A stretch of DNA of 64,000 nt from Eledone cirrhosa (taxonomy: Eukaryota), in contig OZ024748.1 of NCBI GenBank assembly GCA_964016885.1, positions 15,190,001 through 15,254,000 on the forward strand. The letters are read 5' to 3'. The translations under genes were made by a program, and so were the position numbers. The notes below the pieces were generated by a model. The model searched no databases. It saw only the letters and a list, made by a program, of their open reading frames with translations, and had not been told where the DNA came from. This document shows positions 34,061 to 50,780 of the stretch, piece by piece (positions within the stretch are counted from its first letter, which is position 1; each line of letters begins with the position of its first letter).

Positions 34061-37000
34061 GTGACAATCTCAAAACTTCTTCCATACACATCTAGCTGTC
34101 GTCAATGAGTCTGATCCAATTTGTCTTTTACTAATAAATCATCATCATTATTCCCTTGTGGCTAATAAATGAAATCATTATTATTATTATTATTATTATC
34201 ATCATCATCAAGCCAAGAGAAGCAAACTACATGAATATTTTCACAAATAAAATCCCATTATTGTATGAAAACTATTTGTTAATTTACAATGTGATGTACT
34301 TTTTAATCAAGCAGAGTTCACTTAATAGAAGATTGAGGTGCGATCTGGTTCAGAAATGTCAACTATATATATATGTGCGTGAATTAAACAAACATATTCA
34401 ATATTTCCACTCCACCACCCCATCATTCTCCTCATCTTATTTATTCATAAAATATAATATTTTGTCTGTGTTACATACTGGCTGGCTCCCATCAGACTTG
34501 AATCCATTTATTTATATAATTATATTTTTCAAAAAAACAACATATATATATATATATATTGAAGACTGTCATAGAAAGATTTGCTATTCAAAATTATTTT
34601 CATGAGGCAAAAACGATAAAAAAAAAGAAAAAAAACTAATAAAAATGTGTCAAGTAAATCGATAGTTGATAGCAATAATAGCTCCTCCTCTTCCAATCGC
34701 CATCTTGAAAGTACATAGAACAATATTTATCTTATGTTAAGAAACTCCACAATACAATCTAATAACAACATTTCATTTTGAAAACAATCCAAATGAATGA
34801 TCAAGCTTTAATGTTCACATTAATTCTCCAGATGAGAACATCGAATATACCATAAGGTTTCTTTTCTTATAATAACAAATCAAACACAAAGAGGGTAGAG
34901 GAAAGAAAGGAAAAAAATCTATTTTTGGTTTCTACTTTACATTTAATCTTTGTAAAGATAAGATAAAAAGAAATGGATTGTTTTCAACGATTTCTTCTTC
35001 TTGGCAATAAATGCTGTACAGGATTTATTTTGTTTCACACTAGACACTTTTATCTTCGGTGGAAAACAACTTGACGTTTACTTATTGAAATTTAAACAGG
35101 AATTTTCCATTTGAAAGAGAACATCATACAACCATCTGGTCAGAATTTCTTGTTTTGTATTTTTATTTCCATTTTTGTTTGATTTTCGTGTGGTGTTTTT
35201 TTGTTTAATATAAACTAAACAATGAAAAGAAAGATCTCTCCTGTTGCATTGTGTTATAATTCACCATAACACCATTGCACAGTAGGATAACATGACTTCA
35301 AACTTTCAGACTAGACATAAATATATATATAAATGTGTGTGTATATGTGTGTATTTTTTAATGAGATCTACATATGTTGTGTGAACATATAACAAACACT
35401 ACAACGCATAATCTTTGAAAACATATGTAAAATTCCTAAATTTAGAGATCTATACAACCTGTTATCAAAGTGTCTCAGAATTGGAATTCACCGAAATAGC
35501 CACCAGAACACTTATGTAATATATTTGCTAACTATAATAATATAAAGTAGAATTTAAATAAATTTCTGTACTGAATGATTGGCAACCTTTATTGATTCTG
35601 ATGATGAATGCAACAGATGTGTGGCCAGCTGAACAACCAGACCATGAAATCATTACGTAATTTTCTGACCATTCCACAGACACGATCTCTTAATGCAATT
35701 CTTATGGAGATTCAGTGTTACACATATGTGAAAGGCTGAGACTTTGATTTGCAGGTTCAACTCACTTTTTCCAGCTGAGTAGGAGCACCACGAAATAAGG
35801 TGTCTTGAGAATTAAATTTATGATCATCAGTCAGACACTCTAACCACTAAATCATGTAACTTCATATTAAATAACACTAAGAATGTACAGCTACTGCATA
35901 ACAATAATTTATCATCAAAAATATACTGCAGATCAGATTTTGATCTACTGTATATTTTGAACCAGTAACACTTTAGTGTAATAATTTATTTAAATGTGAA
36001 ATAAGTTAACAGAAATTTATGACTGAAAAGGCCAAAAAAAAATTAATTTGATAAAATGTGGAATCACTGGCAAACAAAATGACTTAGGGTATTCAAATAG
36101 GAAATGTAGTACCCACGACACTGTTTAATGGCCTCCAAAATTGGTGGGAAGGAGGATGGCCTAATGGTGGAGATGGTGGTGGCATTGGTGTTAAATAGGC
36201 CACAGCAGGATTTGAACTTAGAACACAAAGAACTGGAACAAATATCATGGGACATTATCTGTCACTCAAACATTTCCAATAGTCCACCTACAGTCTAGGC
36301 CTGCACTTTATTTATCGACCTCAGAAGGGTAGAAGTCAAAGTTGGAAGTGGGGTGTAGAATTTGAACTCATAAAGCAAACTATTGAAATATATACCACAA
36401 TACATTTAAACTAAAATACTATTATTTCTATAAGGTTGGCACCCAAGCCAATTTGCTGATTTAAGAAAATCATTAAATTTCAAAGTATATTCCTATTGTT
36501 TTAAATAGTTTCATATTATGACAGTCCATCAGAGCTTTAGTTTGTTGATTTTTGTTTTTCTTTTGTTAGCTTTAAGTTTAATGTTGGAAATTTATCAAAT
36601 TGAAATGAGATAAGCCAGAGAAAACAATATCTATATTAATGTGACCTTAGTGACAAACTATAATAATGTTTTATCTTTACGTTTATTTGGAGAAGGCATT
36701 GTTGCAAAGTTGATCAGCTGTAATTAGTCATACCTATACAAACTCTTCAGAATTCTACAGCTGGCAATGTCACTCAGTGGAAACTTCTGTTGAATAGAAG
36801 AATTATTCATGTTGTTTGCAGCAAGAGATAGTTCTGACTTGTGAAACAATGAAACCAGTTCAAATCAGTTTAGTAGTAAATAATCAAAGGTCAGATTTAT
36901 CACAATACAGCAGGCCTCTAAAGTTTGTCTTCTATGTAATAAGTACTTTGTGTGAAATCTATTGATTCTGTCAAAAATACACTTTCTGAAGTGTTCAATG

Positions 37001-37229
37001 TAAATATTTGGTTCTGTTAAAATATCCAAAGTTGAATCAGTACCACTGTTTCAAATAAAGAGATTTGCTGATTGTGTAAATTATTAATTATAAATTGAAA
37101 AGTAGTAATTAACATTAGAATCTAGAAATAATAGCCATATTGTTTATAACTTTTCACTTAAGACAACTAAATATAGATATTGGCTCAATACAATTATTAA
37201 ATTGCTACAATGGAAATAAGACACCTTAA

Positions 37230-37472
37230 CACTTTTGTTACAAAACCGCATGAAACCACCCTTCATTCTATGATAATAAGCTGTTTATTGTAAAGTCTAA
37301 AAACCTTCCATTATAATTCTACATAAGGACCTTTGTTAAGTTATGTTCCAAACATCAGCTTGATAATAAAAATAAAACCTTGTTACATTATTAAATCATC
37401 AAAGTTATTATTTTCAAAGTTATTTGAAAATCATAAACAATGTCTTTCATTATAAATATGGTAATGAAAAGG
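37230..37472. mobile_element. Full piggyBac-like MITE (~243 bp)
   Basis: TTAA|cacttttgttac...gtaatgaaaagg|TTAA; body shared with ~10 other copies in the window. Confidence 0.7.
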
Positions 37473-38439
37473 TTAAATGTAATAGAACACTTCTCAACTA
37501 ATTGATAATAGATATCAGCATTCATGTGGGTTCTCTATATTCCACATCAGCATTACCATTACTAATTATAATTCTTTGAGTACCAGTGGGTGTCTTTTTT
37601 AACCTTTATTCCATCTCCAAGGGTAATATATCTAATTTATTTGACTATTTTTAAATATATGCAATGTGGCAGCTTTTATATACGCATGGAAAATAGATTT
37701 CAATTCTTTTAATTTAAATTGGCCAGCATCTTTGTACATTTATAGGTTTTGTATGTAAATGGATATAAATGATGATGATCATCATCATCGTTTTAACATC
37801 CATTTTCTCTGTTAGCAAAAGTTAGATGAGCCTATATGGACCAAGTCAGTACTGAAGCAGTGGCTTATATATATATACATGAGTTGAACATTCCTTCAGG
37901 TGAAACACATTCTCAATTATGGTTTGCTACCTCTATACTGAACTCATCCTTTGGACTGTGTGCTTTACCAACTTTGTATATAACCTCCTGATTTTTCCCC
38001 ACTATATATATTATATATATATTTATATATAAAACTTGAGACCATTTCTTTGCAAAGAAACGTTAACTAGAAATCCATCAAGCAATAGGTTGCACTGATT
38101 CCCTTGCCACCCAATTCTATTGTTCATCATATTCAGCAGGTCAGAGGGATTGCAGTTTATGTCATCACAAATCTGTTTAATATTGGTCTTGGCTTGTCAT
38201 CCTCAGCTAGCTCTTCCTCGTGAAGGCACCCACAAAATAAATTCACTAACAATTTCATCTTTAGAAAGCCATGTATGTCTGCATCTAATACATGAGCATA
38301 TATGTGTGGGTGTGTTGATGCAATGTATCACTAATTTCCAGGTTTCCATAGTTTTGCTGTCGCATAAAAATGCTTAATATAAAAAAAGCTCATTTTACGT
38401 AGCGATGGTGAAAAAAATATTCATCAAACTTATGTATTG

Positions 38440-38708
38440 TAAAGACCTCCTTTAGCCACGAATGACCATGGGATTTGTGCCTAGAAAGTTCCCATTCCAA
38501 GGCACAAGTCTGGGTATGGTTGATTATGGAAGACCAGCAATCGCCCATACATACCAGTCTCTCCTCTCCACGGCACCAATGTTGTCCAAGGGAAAAGCAA
38601 TGGCCAATAAAACTCAGCAGCAATGATGTCACAACATCAACCAGTCCAAAAATGAAACTCACAATCTCATGAATGCAAGCGCAATGATCTAACCACTAAG
38701 CCATGCAC
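38440..38708 (-). mobile_element. tRNA-headed SINE with long alternative tail
   Basis: Head end ctaaccactaagccatgc at ~38690-38707; tail segments shared with 7980-8275. Confidence 0.6.
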
Positions 38709-39756
38709 ACTCACAAACTCATATATAATATATTAAAAAATAAAGCACAATTCTTTGTTTTGTTACACACTTTACTATTGTTATGGCATGTTAATTACAT
38801 TTTATGTAAAGTGCATTATGATTATCATGACAATGATGATGGTAGTGTAACATTTATTCTGGTGGAGTTCAATACAATACAAAATATTTTTTTTTCAAAG
38901 ACATTTTTTTTCTACTTACAACACAAAATAAGGTCATTACATATCACAGTTATTAAAGATGATAATAATAGTAGTAGTAGTAGTAGTAACAATAACAATA
39001 TCAATAATAAGGATGATGATGATGATTTCAATATAGATCATGTTAATATTTCTACATTTACTATGTTTTGTTTTAAAATATTGCTGAAAACAAGCTTTAC
39101 GAAATATCTAGTGTCTAATTTTTACAAAACTTTGAACTTTTGTTTCCATTTCTCTTTGTCACCTTACTGTAGATATAATACATAGACATACTGACATAAC
39201 ATGCATATTCACATACACTTTCACACAGAGACAGACATGTGTGTGTGTATGCATATATACTTATATATATATATATATATATTTGTATATATATATAAAT
39301 ATATAGATGTAGCTATAGATATATACACACATACTCACACACACACACACATACACATGCATACATAATATATAGATACATATATACATCCATACACACA
39401 CATACATTCATACATACAATAAACTAATAAATAAAAAAAAAAGGGGTTTATTTTTAAAATGCTTTGAAATTTTCTTTTATTTTGTACATGTTATTTTTTG
39501 TTCCATATTCATTTTTTCAAAATGGAACTTGCCTGTTTTGATATTGCTGAAGAATTGCGAGATAATCATTAGTATAAAGAATGCTTTGAATTACATCCTT
39601 GAGTTAAAAATATAAAATTTAAAATATGAACATTAAATGATCATTTCAGCTGACCTTTGAAAACCCAGAGTCTTTTATTTCAATGTATCATTGGCAAATT
39701 TCAAATTTCTTTCTTTACACAATACACTGGATAATTGATTTTTATTACCAGAAAAA

Positions 39757-39824
39757 GTATATATATATATATATATATACTCACACACACATATATATAT
39801 ATATATATATACTCACACACACAT

Positions 39825-39864
<40 letters not shown>

Positions 39865-39887
39865 TCACACACACACACATATATACT

Positions 39888-39924
<37 letters not shown>

Positions 39925-40040
39925 TCACACATTTATATATATACTCACACATATATATGTGTGTGTATTTGTGTATATATATACATACATATATATGTGT
40001 GTGTATATGAATACATGCGTGTAAATTATATATATATATG
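39757..40040. repeat. (TA)n/(CA)n compound microsatellite with tactcacacac units
   Basis: Directly visible. Confidence 0.9.
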
Positions 40041-41128
40041 AAAAATTATTCTCTCTTGCAAAGTTTTCTGAAATTGCTGTGATGTATTCTGAAGCCATCT
40101 AAAATGTTTATTCATGAGGGAACATAGAAATAAAGCCAAAAAGTAACTGAATCATTTCAATTGATAATTGTTTAGAACACTACATTACTTTTACTGTTTC
40201 CTTGTTTTGTTTTTTGCTTTGATTTATCCCTGTTCTATGTTATTATCCCAAATACACCCATCTACAGGCACAGACATGGCTGTGTATTTAAGGAATTATC
40301 TATTTTATATTATTATCCCAAATATACAAATCTACAGGTTGTGTATTTAAGGAGGTCACTTTACAGAGTATATTCAGCAAACGTCTTCTACTATTGCCTT
40401 GGGGGTTACTAATGCTTTATGCATGGAATTTTGTACACAGAAACTTAATACTTTAACCAATTAACCCCTGTATTGCTCCATTTTCTGCAAATGATTACCT
40501 GGATTTTGATCTTAATCATATATTTTATAAATATACTTTATAAAATATATTTATATACAGCTTTATAAATATATTTTAAAGTTAACAGGTTCATGCTCAG
40601 AACAGTAGCACCAATTTAACATCCAAATTTAAATATATATTACTAAATCTGTACTTCAGCTTCAAACAACATATTTTTATCATATACAAAATGTTGTTTC
40701 GGCTTGACGTGGAATTAGCATCATTAAAAATAAACGATATGCCATTTTAATATTCCATGCAATTTAAATCAGTATATATTCATTTTAGGCTGGATAATTT
40801 TAGACTGTGATGCTTTAGCTCAACAGGGGCATAATAAATATAAAAGGTAATCATAGAAAATTGCTATTCGGGGAATTTTATAAAACTTGGAGGCTTTTTC
40901 CTGTTATTAGCATTGATCATTGATCACAGTGTGTGTGCTTGTGTGTATGTTTTTACTTCTATTCTATAATTACTGGAAATAAACGAAATAAAGTGTATAT
41001 TCAATAGAAATATAATCATAATTTGTGCAAATCATAGACTTCCAGTGTGTTATTGTAATATTGTATTTTATAACTCAGATGAATCATTTCCTGTTTTTTC
41101 CTGTTTTGAAAAGAACTCCTAACTTTAA

Positions 41129-41635
41129 CCCTTTCGTTGCCATATTTCTAAAAAAAGACACTTTGAAAATAATCAAGAATTTGGATGGATTTACTAATAT
41201 AACTAACATCATCATCATTAAGCTGGTGTTTGGAACATAACTTAAAGGTTCTAACATAAAATTAGGATGGAAAGTTTTTAAACAAATATAAATACTGTTG
41301 CCATATTTGAGGAAGTTATAAATATAATTAGATTTCTCATTAAGGTACACAAGGAAGAGTTAGCAGAGGACAAAAAGCCAAGATCTATATCAAGCAGTTG
41401 TATGACAACATAAACTGCAATCTCTCTAACCTGTTGAATATGATGAACAATAGAGTTGGATGGCAACAAGGTTAAAGGAATCTATGTAAGCAGTGTGACC
41501 TATTGATTTATTGATTAACAAAGGTTCTTACATAAAATTATAGTAGGTTTTTAGGTAAATGAAAACACCTCAAAATGAGTAGCTTTATATGGCAGAATCA
41601 GAGAACATTTCAGATGGGTTGGCATCAAAATGGTA
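41129..41635. mobile_element. piggyBac-like MITE, interrupted
   Basis: ttaa|ccctttcgttgccatatttc...aagctggtgtttggaacataac; the other end gggttggcatcaaaatgg lies near 41616-41632. Confidence 0.55.
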
Positions 41636-41829
41636 AAAATGGTGTTAAAACCTGCCACAAATATAACCAGAAGAGACTCACAAAATAAAATACAAATTTA
41701 AAGAAATTTAATAAATAATAAATGTGCAATAGAATAAACTTAATTACTTGAGCTCCCACCCTTCACCTGATAAGTCCCCTCATCCCTATATCTACATCTC
41801 CCCCAGCACATATTGTAACGTCTTCGTTT

Positions 41830-42010
41830 TTGTGCCATGACAAAAAGCACCCATCCACACTGTATAATGATCATGTTGATGTCATGACAGAAAGCACCCA
41901 ACCCATGCTGTAAAGTGGTCATGTAGGTGTCATGACAAAAAATATCCAATACACACTGTAAATGTGGTTGGCATTTGGAGGGCCATCAAGTTGTAAAAAC
42001 AAAGCCAAAA
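41830..42010 (+). repeat. ~48-bp tandem repeat x3 derived from SINE-A interior
   Basis: catgacaaaaagcaccca.cc..actgtaaagtggtcatg repeated, then ggttggcatttggagggccatcaagttgtaaaaac as in SINE A; related array at 24100-24210. Confidence 0.65.
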
Positions 42011-42597
42011 TTAGTTCTGTATGAGCTAGCTTGTCTCACAAACTACAATAAATACAGATGATAACAATACAAAATGATAAAAAAATGTCAACTAGGAAAA
42101 GTTCCTTAATAGAAGGGGATCCCAGTTTAGAGTAATTCCAGAGAAAACCATCTCATAAGACCCAGGATTACTCTATCACAGCAAGAGCATTGAATGGAGC
42201 CCTCTCTTTCTTGGTTTCTTCCCGCCTGCTTAGAAAAACATTGTCAGAGTAGGCCCATTCAGCCTCAACGTTCTCGCCATGCTTATCCACCTTTCATAAA
42301 TTACGTTAAGAGTAGGTTGAATAATTTTACAATTTTACAAATACAAGAAAATGTAAAAGCAAAGTAATATTGTGCTAGCATGTTCCAATGTGAATGTATA
42401 ATATAAATGTATAAATATATTTGACATTCAATAATAAACGCACACGCTATAGGAATATGACATTTTGACATTTATATTTAGTTTATTAAACCTTAAATGT
42501 AAACTTTACATGTTTATTTAATTGGGAATCTGCTACACAATACAATATATAAAACCACAGGAGTTATGTTATTGACGATCCATTAAATGTTCTTTCA

Positions 42598-42926
42598 TCT
42601 ATATATATATGTACATATATATATATATGTACATATATAAATGTGTATATATATATATATATATATGCATGTACACATAAATGTGTATATATATATGCAT
42701 GTACATATATATATATATATAAATATGTGTGTGTGTGTATATATATATGCGTGTACATATATATATATATATGCATGTACATATATATATAAATATGTGT
42801 GTGTGTGTATATATATGCGTGTACATATATATATATATATGCATGTAGATATATGTGTGTACATATATAAATATATATATATACACATATGCATATATGT
42901 GTGTGTGTATATACAGATATATATGC

Positions 42927-42958
<32 letters not shown>

Positions 42959-43053
42959 TTACATACACATATGCATATATATATGTATATATATATATAT
43001 ACATATATGTGTGTGTGTATATATATATATACATGTATGTATATATATATATA
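42598..43053. repeat. (TA)n/(TG)n compound microsatellite
   Basis: Directly visible. Confidence 0.95.
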
Positions 43054-43607
43054 TTGTCATTTAAGGTCTATTCAATAACAGAAACATGATTATTACAATT
43101 ATTAAATTACTCTTTAGGAATGTCAGGTCAGATCAGGTGAAATCAAATGTTCTACTACTGGTAATTAAGTATACCACCTATACTACCTATTTCATAGATT
43201 AGCTGTTAGTTACTAAAACAACTACACTACCCTAACTCTAAGGTCTCACTCTGCTGTGTGTTAAAGGTGAATGGACATCCTGGTAGAAGAAAAAGCAGTA
43301 TATGTCTATCTACTAGAGTATATGAACTCAACAATGAGTCAATACCCATCCATCAAATCTACAAATGAAGATGGGAATGGAGTTCATTAAAGTTTCTAGT
43401 CCAATATTTCTGGCACCTTTTATAACACCTCATCCATTTGCCTCTCTATCAGATCTAATGGCCTCTCGCTATTCCTTTGAACCAAGGAGACCCAGGCAAG
43501 GGCAACCCTTTGATAAGTGCAAGGACCACTGAAGATGGCTTAAATCAGAACTGGTTAGAGTTATTATCATCTCGTCTGAACCCTTACATTTCCTTTGACT
43601 CAGGGTT

Positions 43608-43812
43608 TAAGAGGAATTCAAGGTGGTGTGCAGGAAAAAGGAAGACACAGTAGATCAAGAAAGATCTGAGCAGAGGTGGTGAGAGCTGACCTTAAATCGC
43701 TGAGACTCAGAAAGGAGATAACAAAGGAAAATGGCAAGTGGAGAGATGCTGTTCAGATAAGGTCTGATCCAAACCATGCAAATGTGGAAAAATGGACATA
43801 AAATCGATGATA
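43608..43812 (+). mobile_element. RTE 3' end, internally deleted
   Basis: tggtgtgcagga...tgagcagaggtggtgagagctgacct...caagtggagagatg...ccatgcaaatgtggaaaaatggacataaaat matches 3975-4240. Confidence 0.75.
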
Positions 43813-43884
43813 ATTATGGCATAAATTCTCTTCCTTAGTTCAAACCAAAATTTCACTAGTTTATGCTCAGATATCTTCTATTAA

Positions 43885-44368
43885 TCCATTTGATATCAGA
43901 TCCCCTGAAACTACCTCAGATCCTATGAAACACATTTACTTATTTAGAAGTGTTTATAGTTAGCTAAAACCCTTACATCAATACTTTATGTGAGAACATT
44001 TGTTTGATTATATTCCAAACACCAGCTAAATAATGGTTTCAGATTTAGAAACAAAGCCAACAATTTGGTGGTAGGGTTAAGTCAAACAAATTGACTCCAG
44101 TGCATTACTGGTACTTTATTTTATTGAATCCATCAGGATGAAAGGCAAAGCTAGCCTTGGCTGATTTAAAATCATAATGTAAAGTGATGTAACTATATGC
44201 CATGAAGCATGTTGTCTGATGCTCTACCAATACTGCCAATCCACCACCCTCACACCAGCTAAATAATGAATACATTATATTACCAAATCCTCCCAAATTC
44301 TTCATAATTTTTAAATTCATTTTAAATCATAGGCAGTGTTCTTAATTAGAAATATGGTAATAAAAGGG
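43885..44368. mobile_element. piggyBac-like MITE containing a SINE B insertion
   Basis: ttaa|tccatttgatatc ... gtaataaaaggg|tt; family body interrupted at 44036-44251. Confidence 0.6.
44036..44251 (-). mobile_element. SINE family B with 17-bp TSD
   Basis: TSD acaccagctaaataatg at 44019-44035 and 44252-44268. Confidence 0.85.
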
Positions 44369-44939
44369 TTGTTGTTTTTTTGTTTTTTTTTCTCTGCTTC
44401 ACTTCGGATAAGCATCTACAACCAGCCTATACTATTTACTTACAGCTATCTGTTGGTATTTTCTGCACATTATCATATTATCTATCTTATCTCTAACACA
44501 ATCAATACAACAAGTAATTCCCAATACCATTTGCTACATATTTCTCAGTAGTTGTATGTTATCACGATAACTGAAATTATCTCTGAGTTTACACTAACAT
44601 TTAAACACATTTTAAAATAAAAAGGGTGGCTTGAAGAACAGAATGCTTTTGGTTTGCTGATAAAGTAGATTATAAACTATGATTAAAGCAAGAGAACTGC
44701 TTGTAGAAACACTTTAATGTTGATAGAATTTGATGGAATAATGTATAAGATTAAAGATTTAGAATAATTGTAGATATAACAGAGCCTCTAATAGAACTAC
44801 AAGAGAACCACTATATTATAGCATCTATTCAGTTAAATTGTTCATTGTTATTTAATAGAATATGATCAAGGTAACAAATCTGAAATTTTTATATACTATG
44901 TAAATGTTTTTCAAATGCTTCATTACCATACATCATAAT

Positions 44940-45118
44940 AATGATTTCTGATTTAAAAACAAGCCCAACAATTTTGGAGGAGGAGAAAGTCAATCAAATT
45001 GACCTCAGTGCATTACAAATACTTTATTTTATCAACCCAATGAGGATAAAAGGCAAAGCTAACCTCAGAATGTAAAGGGATGTAACTATGATGCAATGCA
45101 TGTTGTCCCTTGCTCTAC
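44940..45118 (-). mobile_element. SINE family B, decayed
   Basis: Core actttattttatcaacccaatgaggataaaaggcaaagctaacctc. Confidence 0.7.
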
Positions 45119-45179
45119 ACTGATAAAACTGTTTGCTTTAAAATATTTATCTAAAACATTCCATCATAACTTTATGAAC

Positions 45180-45526
45180 CAGGGTTAGCTGAAAAGTTTA
45201 TAGGCTGACTATGAAGAAGTGATGTTAGTACTGTGAAATCTTGCATGCATTAATTTGAACTCTTATTATTAATTACTGCATTGTTGCTTTCTAGAGATGA
45301 TGTGATGTTGAAAAATGAACCTCATTTGGTAATTCCATGAGAGTATCTTGGTCAGCATATGAAGGAGTGATGCGAGAGATGTGAAATTCTGCATGCATTA
45401 ATTTGAACTCTTCTAATTAATTACTGCATTGTTTCATTCTAGAGACTATGTTGAAAAATAAACCTCATTTGGTCATTCCATCAGAGCATCCTGGTCAGCC
45501 TATGAACTTGTCAGCTGAACCTCATA
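45180..45526. mobile_element. Mariner-like MITE with internal duplication, nested in a piggyBac-like MITE (~45125-45674)
   Basis: agggttagctgaaaagtttataggctgac ... gtcagcctatgaacttgtcagctgaacctcata TIRs; ~145-bp interior repeated twice; host resumes and ends gaaaagg|ttaa. Confidence 0.7.
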
Positions 45527-46170
45527 AGAACCATTGTTAAGTTACACTTCAAACACCAGCTTAACAAGAAGAAAGTTAATTATATTACTAAATCCATTTA
45601 AATTCTAGATTCTTTTCAAAATTACTTGAAAATCATAGGCGGTGTCTTTCATTAGAAATATGGTAACGAAAAGGTTAAATCATTTGTTGAACATAATATT
45701 TTATTACCAATCTGTAGCTGTCACTTTAGCTGTAAATCTGCATTTAAGATACTACAGAGCATAAACTTACTAATATTTCTCAGTAGTATATTCCACATAA
45801 TATCCAAGAAATATATTGACATTGAAGATATTATGATATCATATATCGTAATTTTGTTTAACGATATATTGGTTAATAGTATAATCGTTCTAGAGGATTT
45901 TCTCACCGAGTCATAACATTTCTTAGTATCAATTTACTCTCTGGCATATGTAATAAATTATTCATACCTTTCTCAATTACACAAACACTGCTATATTAGT
46001 TGAGTTAGTATCATCGTTTCATTAAGAAGTCTTTATTTACATTAAAAATTACATATACATACATACAAACACACATGCTCCCAGATGCACCTGCACACAC
46101 ACAAACATATATATATGAAATGCAGGATTGTAGGAAATAAAATGGAATTGAAAAATTAAAGCTTCTTCCC

Positions 46171-46688
46171 TTATTATTATTATTATTGTTTTTTGAGTCT
46201 CAGTCATTGATGTTAGTTAACTGGAAAGTTTGTTGAAATGAATATCAAGCCACTACCTGCAGCCTCAGATATTCAGGACGTATCGGAGGGTTCTTGCTGT
46301 TCCCAGCAAGCATGCCTTTTGAAGCGTTCCAAAAAGCGTGGCAGGGCCAATTTTCTTTAACCATCCCTGGAAACTTTTTGAGATAGTACCTAGTGCGCCT
46401 ATGACAATCGGGACGACTTTGACTTCATGGCAGTTCCAAATCCTTTTTTCCTCCCACTTTAAGTCCTGGAATCGGTTAATTTTCTCCCTCTCCTCTTGCA
46501 CTCTCGTGTTGAATGGGCAGGCCACATCCACAATCAGGCACAATCTTTTTTCTTTGTCCAAAACCACCAGGTCAGGTCTATTGTGTTCCAGTTTCTTGTC
46601 TGTCTGTATCCTAAAATCCCACAGCACCTTCACCTGATCGTTTTCTATCACCGACTCTGGCCTATGCTCATACCACCACGATCACCAT

Positions 46689-46690
<2 letters not shown>
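46171..46690 (-). mobile_element. R4/Dong-type (RLE-encoding) non-LTR retrotransposon 3' end with (TAA)n tail
   Basis: WYEHRPESVIENDQVKVLWDFRIQTD...NRPDLVVLD...IVDVACP...VPIVIGALG...LQKACLLGTA = restriction-like endonuclease PD..D domain; short 3' UTR, then (TAA)5. Confidence 0.88.
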
Positions 46691-46731
<41 letters not shown>

Positions 46732-47433
46732 CTATATCACTATAGGTTAAACAGATTATATAAATGAATATAACCATACTACATCTATGATATATGAATA
46801 AATATGACTATATCACAAAATCACAAGTATATAAAGTACGAAGCCATCACATCAGTAAATGTTTGTTGTTACTTTTGTATGATACATATGTCTTTCATGG
46901 AAGGGTTTTTTCAGAGAAATATAAACAATTTAAAATATAGAGTTTCTGTAGTCGAACCATGGGTTGTTTGAGGCAATTTGGCAAACGAGGCATTGGATTA
47001 AATCTGCCATCATGTTCAACATTCATGATCAAAAGTATGTATCAATAAGATATTGATACTATTGATCTCTTACTAAAATAACTGGAACATGTTTCAAACA
47101 GCAAAGTCAAATAAGGGAACACAGAATAAAGTGTTGTATTCTGAAATAATGGAACATTTCTTCGCAATCTATAAGCACTCAAAACATTTTATTCTAAAAG
47201 GAAAAAAGAAAATATAGTAAAAACAAATTTTAGAGAACTGTTCAAAGACTTAAGGAGAAAATAAAAGCAAAGTTATAATGTATTTATGTTGTTGGTAGTT
47301 GTGGTGCTAGAAACACATTACTAATACACAGATAAAAGCTAACAATAATGATGAAAATTGTGAAGTTTGCATATAAATAAATGAGGACCTGACCTGAAGG
47401 TATGGCTATGAATGTACACCTATAACAGTATAT

Positions 47434-49370
<1,937 letters not shown>

Positions 49371-50402
49371 GTTGTTTTTGTGTGTGTTTCTGCAAACACA
49401 AACATGCATCTTTCTGTGTGAGGATGATGGATGGTATGTATGTGTATATGTATGAAACAGTTCTAGTCATGTAGAAGCCATTGCCATATTAAATATCTAT
49501 ACTCTGCTATGTATTGAATACCTTACTTTCTGTGGTTACCCCCGATTGAACCTGGGATAAACATATATATATATGCATATACACACATATATATATATAT
49601 AACCACACATAAAACTTTGGGCTGAACACTTTTCTAATGTATTTCATTAAAAGTAGATGTCTGCGAGCTGTTATTTATCTCTTTGCATAAATCCTATATT
49701 TATTTTTCAGTATGTTTATTCAGAACTTTCCTAAAAAATAAATCAATAATTTCTTTTAAACTTTGAAACTATTAAAAATTCAGTGAAATTGGGTTAATTT
49801 CTTAAAAGAAAAGATCTGAAAATAAAGAATAGAATAGTTCAAGAGCACAGGAACTTAGTGCGTTTTCCAATCTATAAACAAAGAATCTTAAAATATAATT
49901 TTTAGATTTTATTCAAATTGCTCACAAATTGAAATCTTCCTTAAATGAAAAATGTTTGTAAATATTTTTAAGAAACAGATTAAAGCTGTTTGAAAGTTTA
50001 AGTACAGACACTTAAGAACTTAAGATATATTCACTTGCATATTTCCATCAAGTGAACAATTATTACAAGACTCATGTCGATAGAATGAAAATATGAAAGA
50101 AAACTGATGGAATGATGTCTTTAGCATCATGATTTATATCCTCATAGGTCTTTTATCCACCTTTTTCGATGCTGACATGGGTTGGATGAGATATTTTGAG
50201 GTAGTATCCTAAAGACAAAAGAAAAAGCCCTTTAAGATGCCACCAATCCATACTTGCTTTTAAATAAGGCATTACTAATCCCTTTATTATCACACATTGA
50301 ACCACTGAGTTATAGGACATATTGTTTTTGTGGGGCATAAAGACTTATCACTGATTGCCCAAGTGGTGCCTACACAAACATATATCTATATATATAAATA
50401 TA

Positions 50403-50512
50403 TGAAAGGCAAAATTGACCTCAGCGGGATTTGAACTCGGAGAGCAGAAAGCCGAAAAGAATACCACAAAGCATTCTATCTGACATTCTAATGATTCTGT
50501 AAATTTGCTGGC
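50403..50512 (-). mobile_element. SINE family B 5' part
   Basis: tgaaaggcaaaattgacctcagcgggatttgaactcgg. Confidence 0.7.
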
Positions 50513-50780
50513 TTATACGTATATATACATATATGCATAATGGATTATTGACCTTGATAGGATTTGAATTTAGAATGTCAAGAACTGAACATCATGGTGT
50601 CGTTTTCGAGGCAATGTTTCACAGTAGGAGACTCTTCTTGACACCTACTCTTTAAGCCACCTCATACAAAAGCCAGGGTTATGGTGTGCCTATTCTAAAT
50701 TGGATACATACAGTATACTTATATTAAAAACATTTAATCATTTTAGCTCAATGGCATTAACATTATATTTTCTATTGTTA

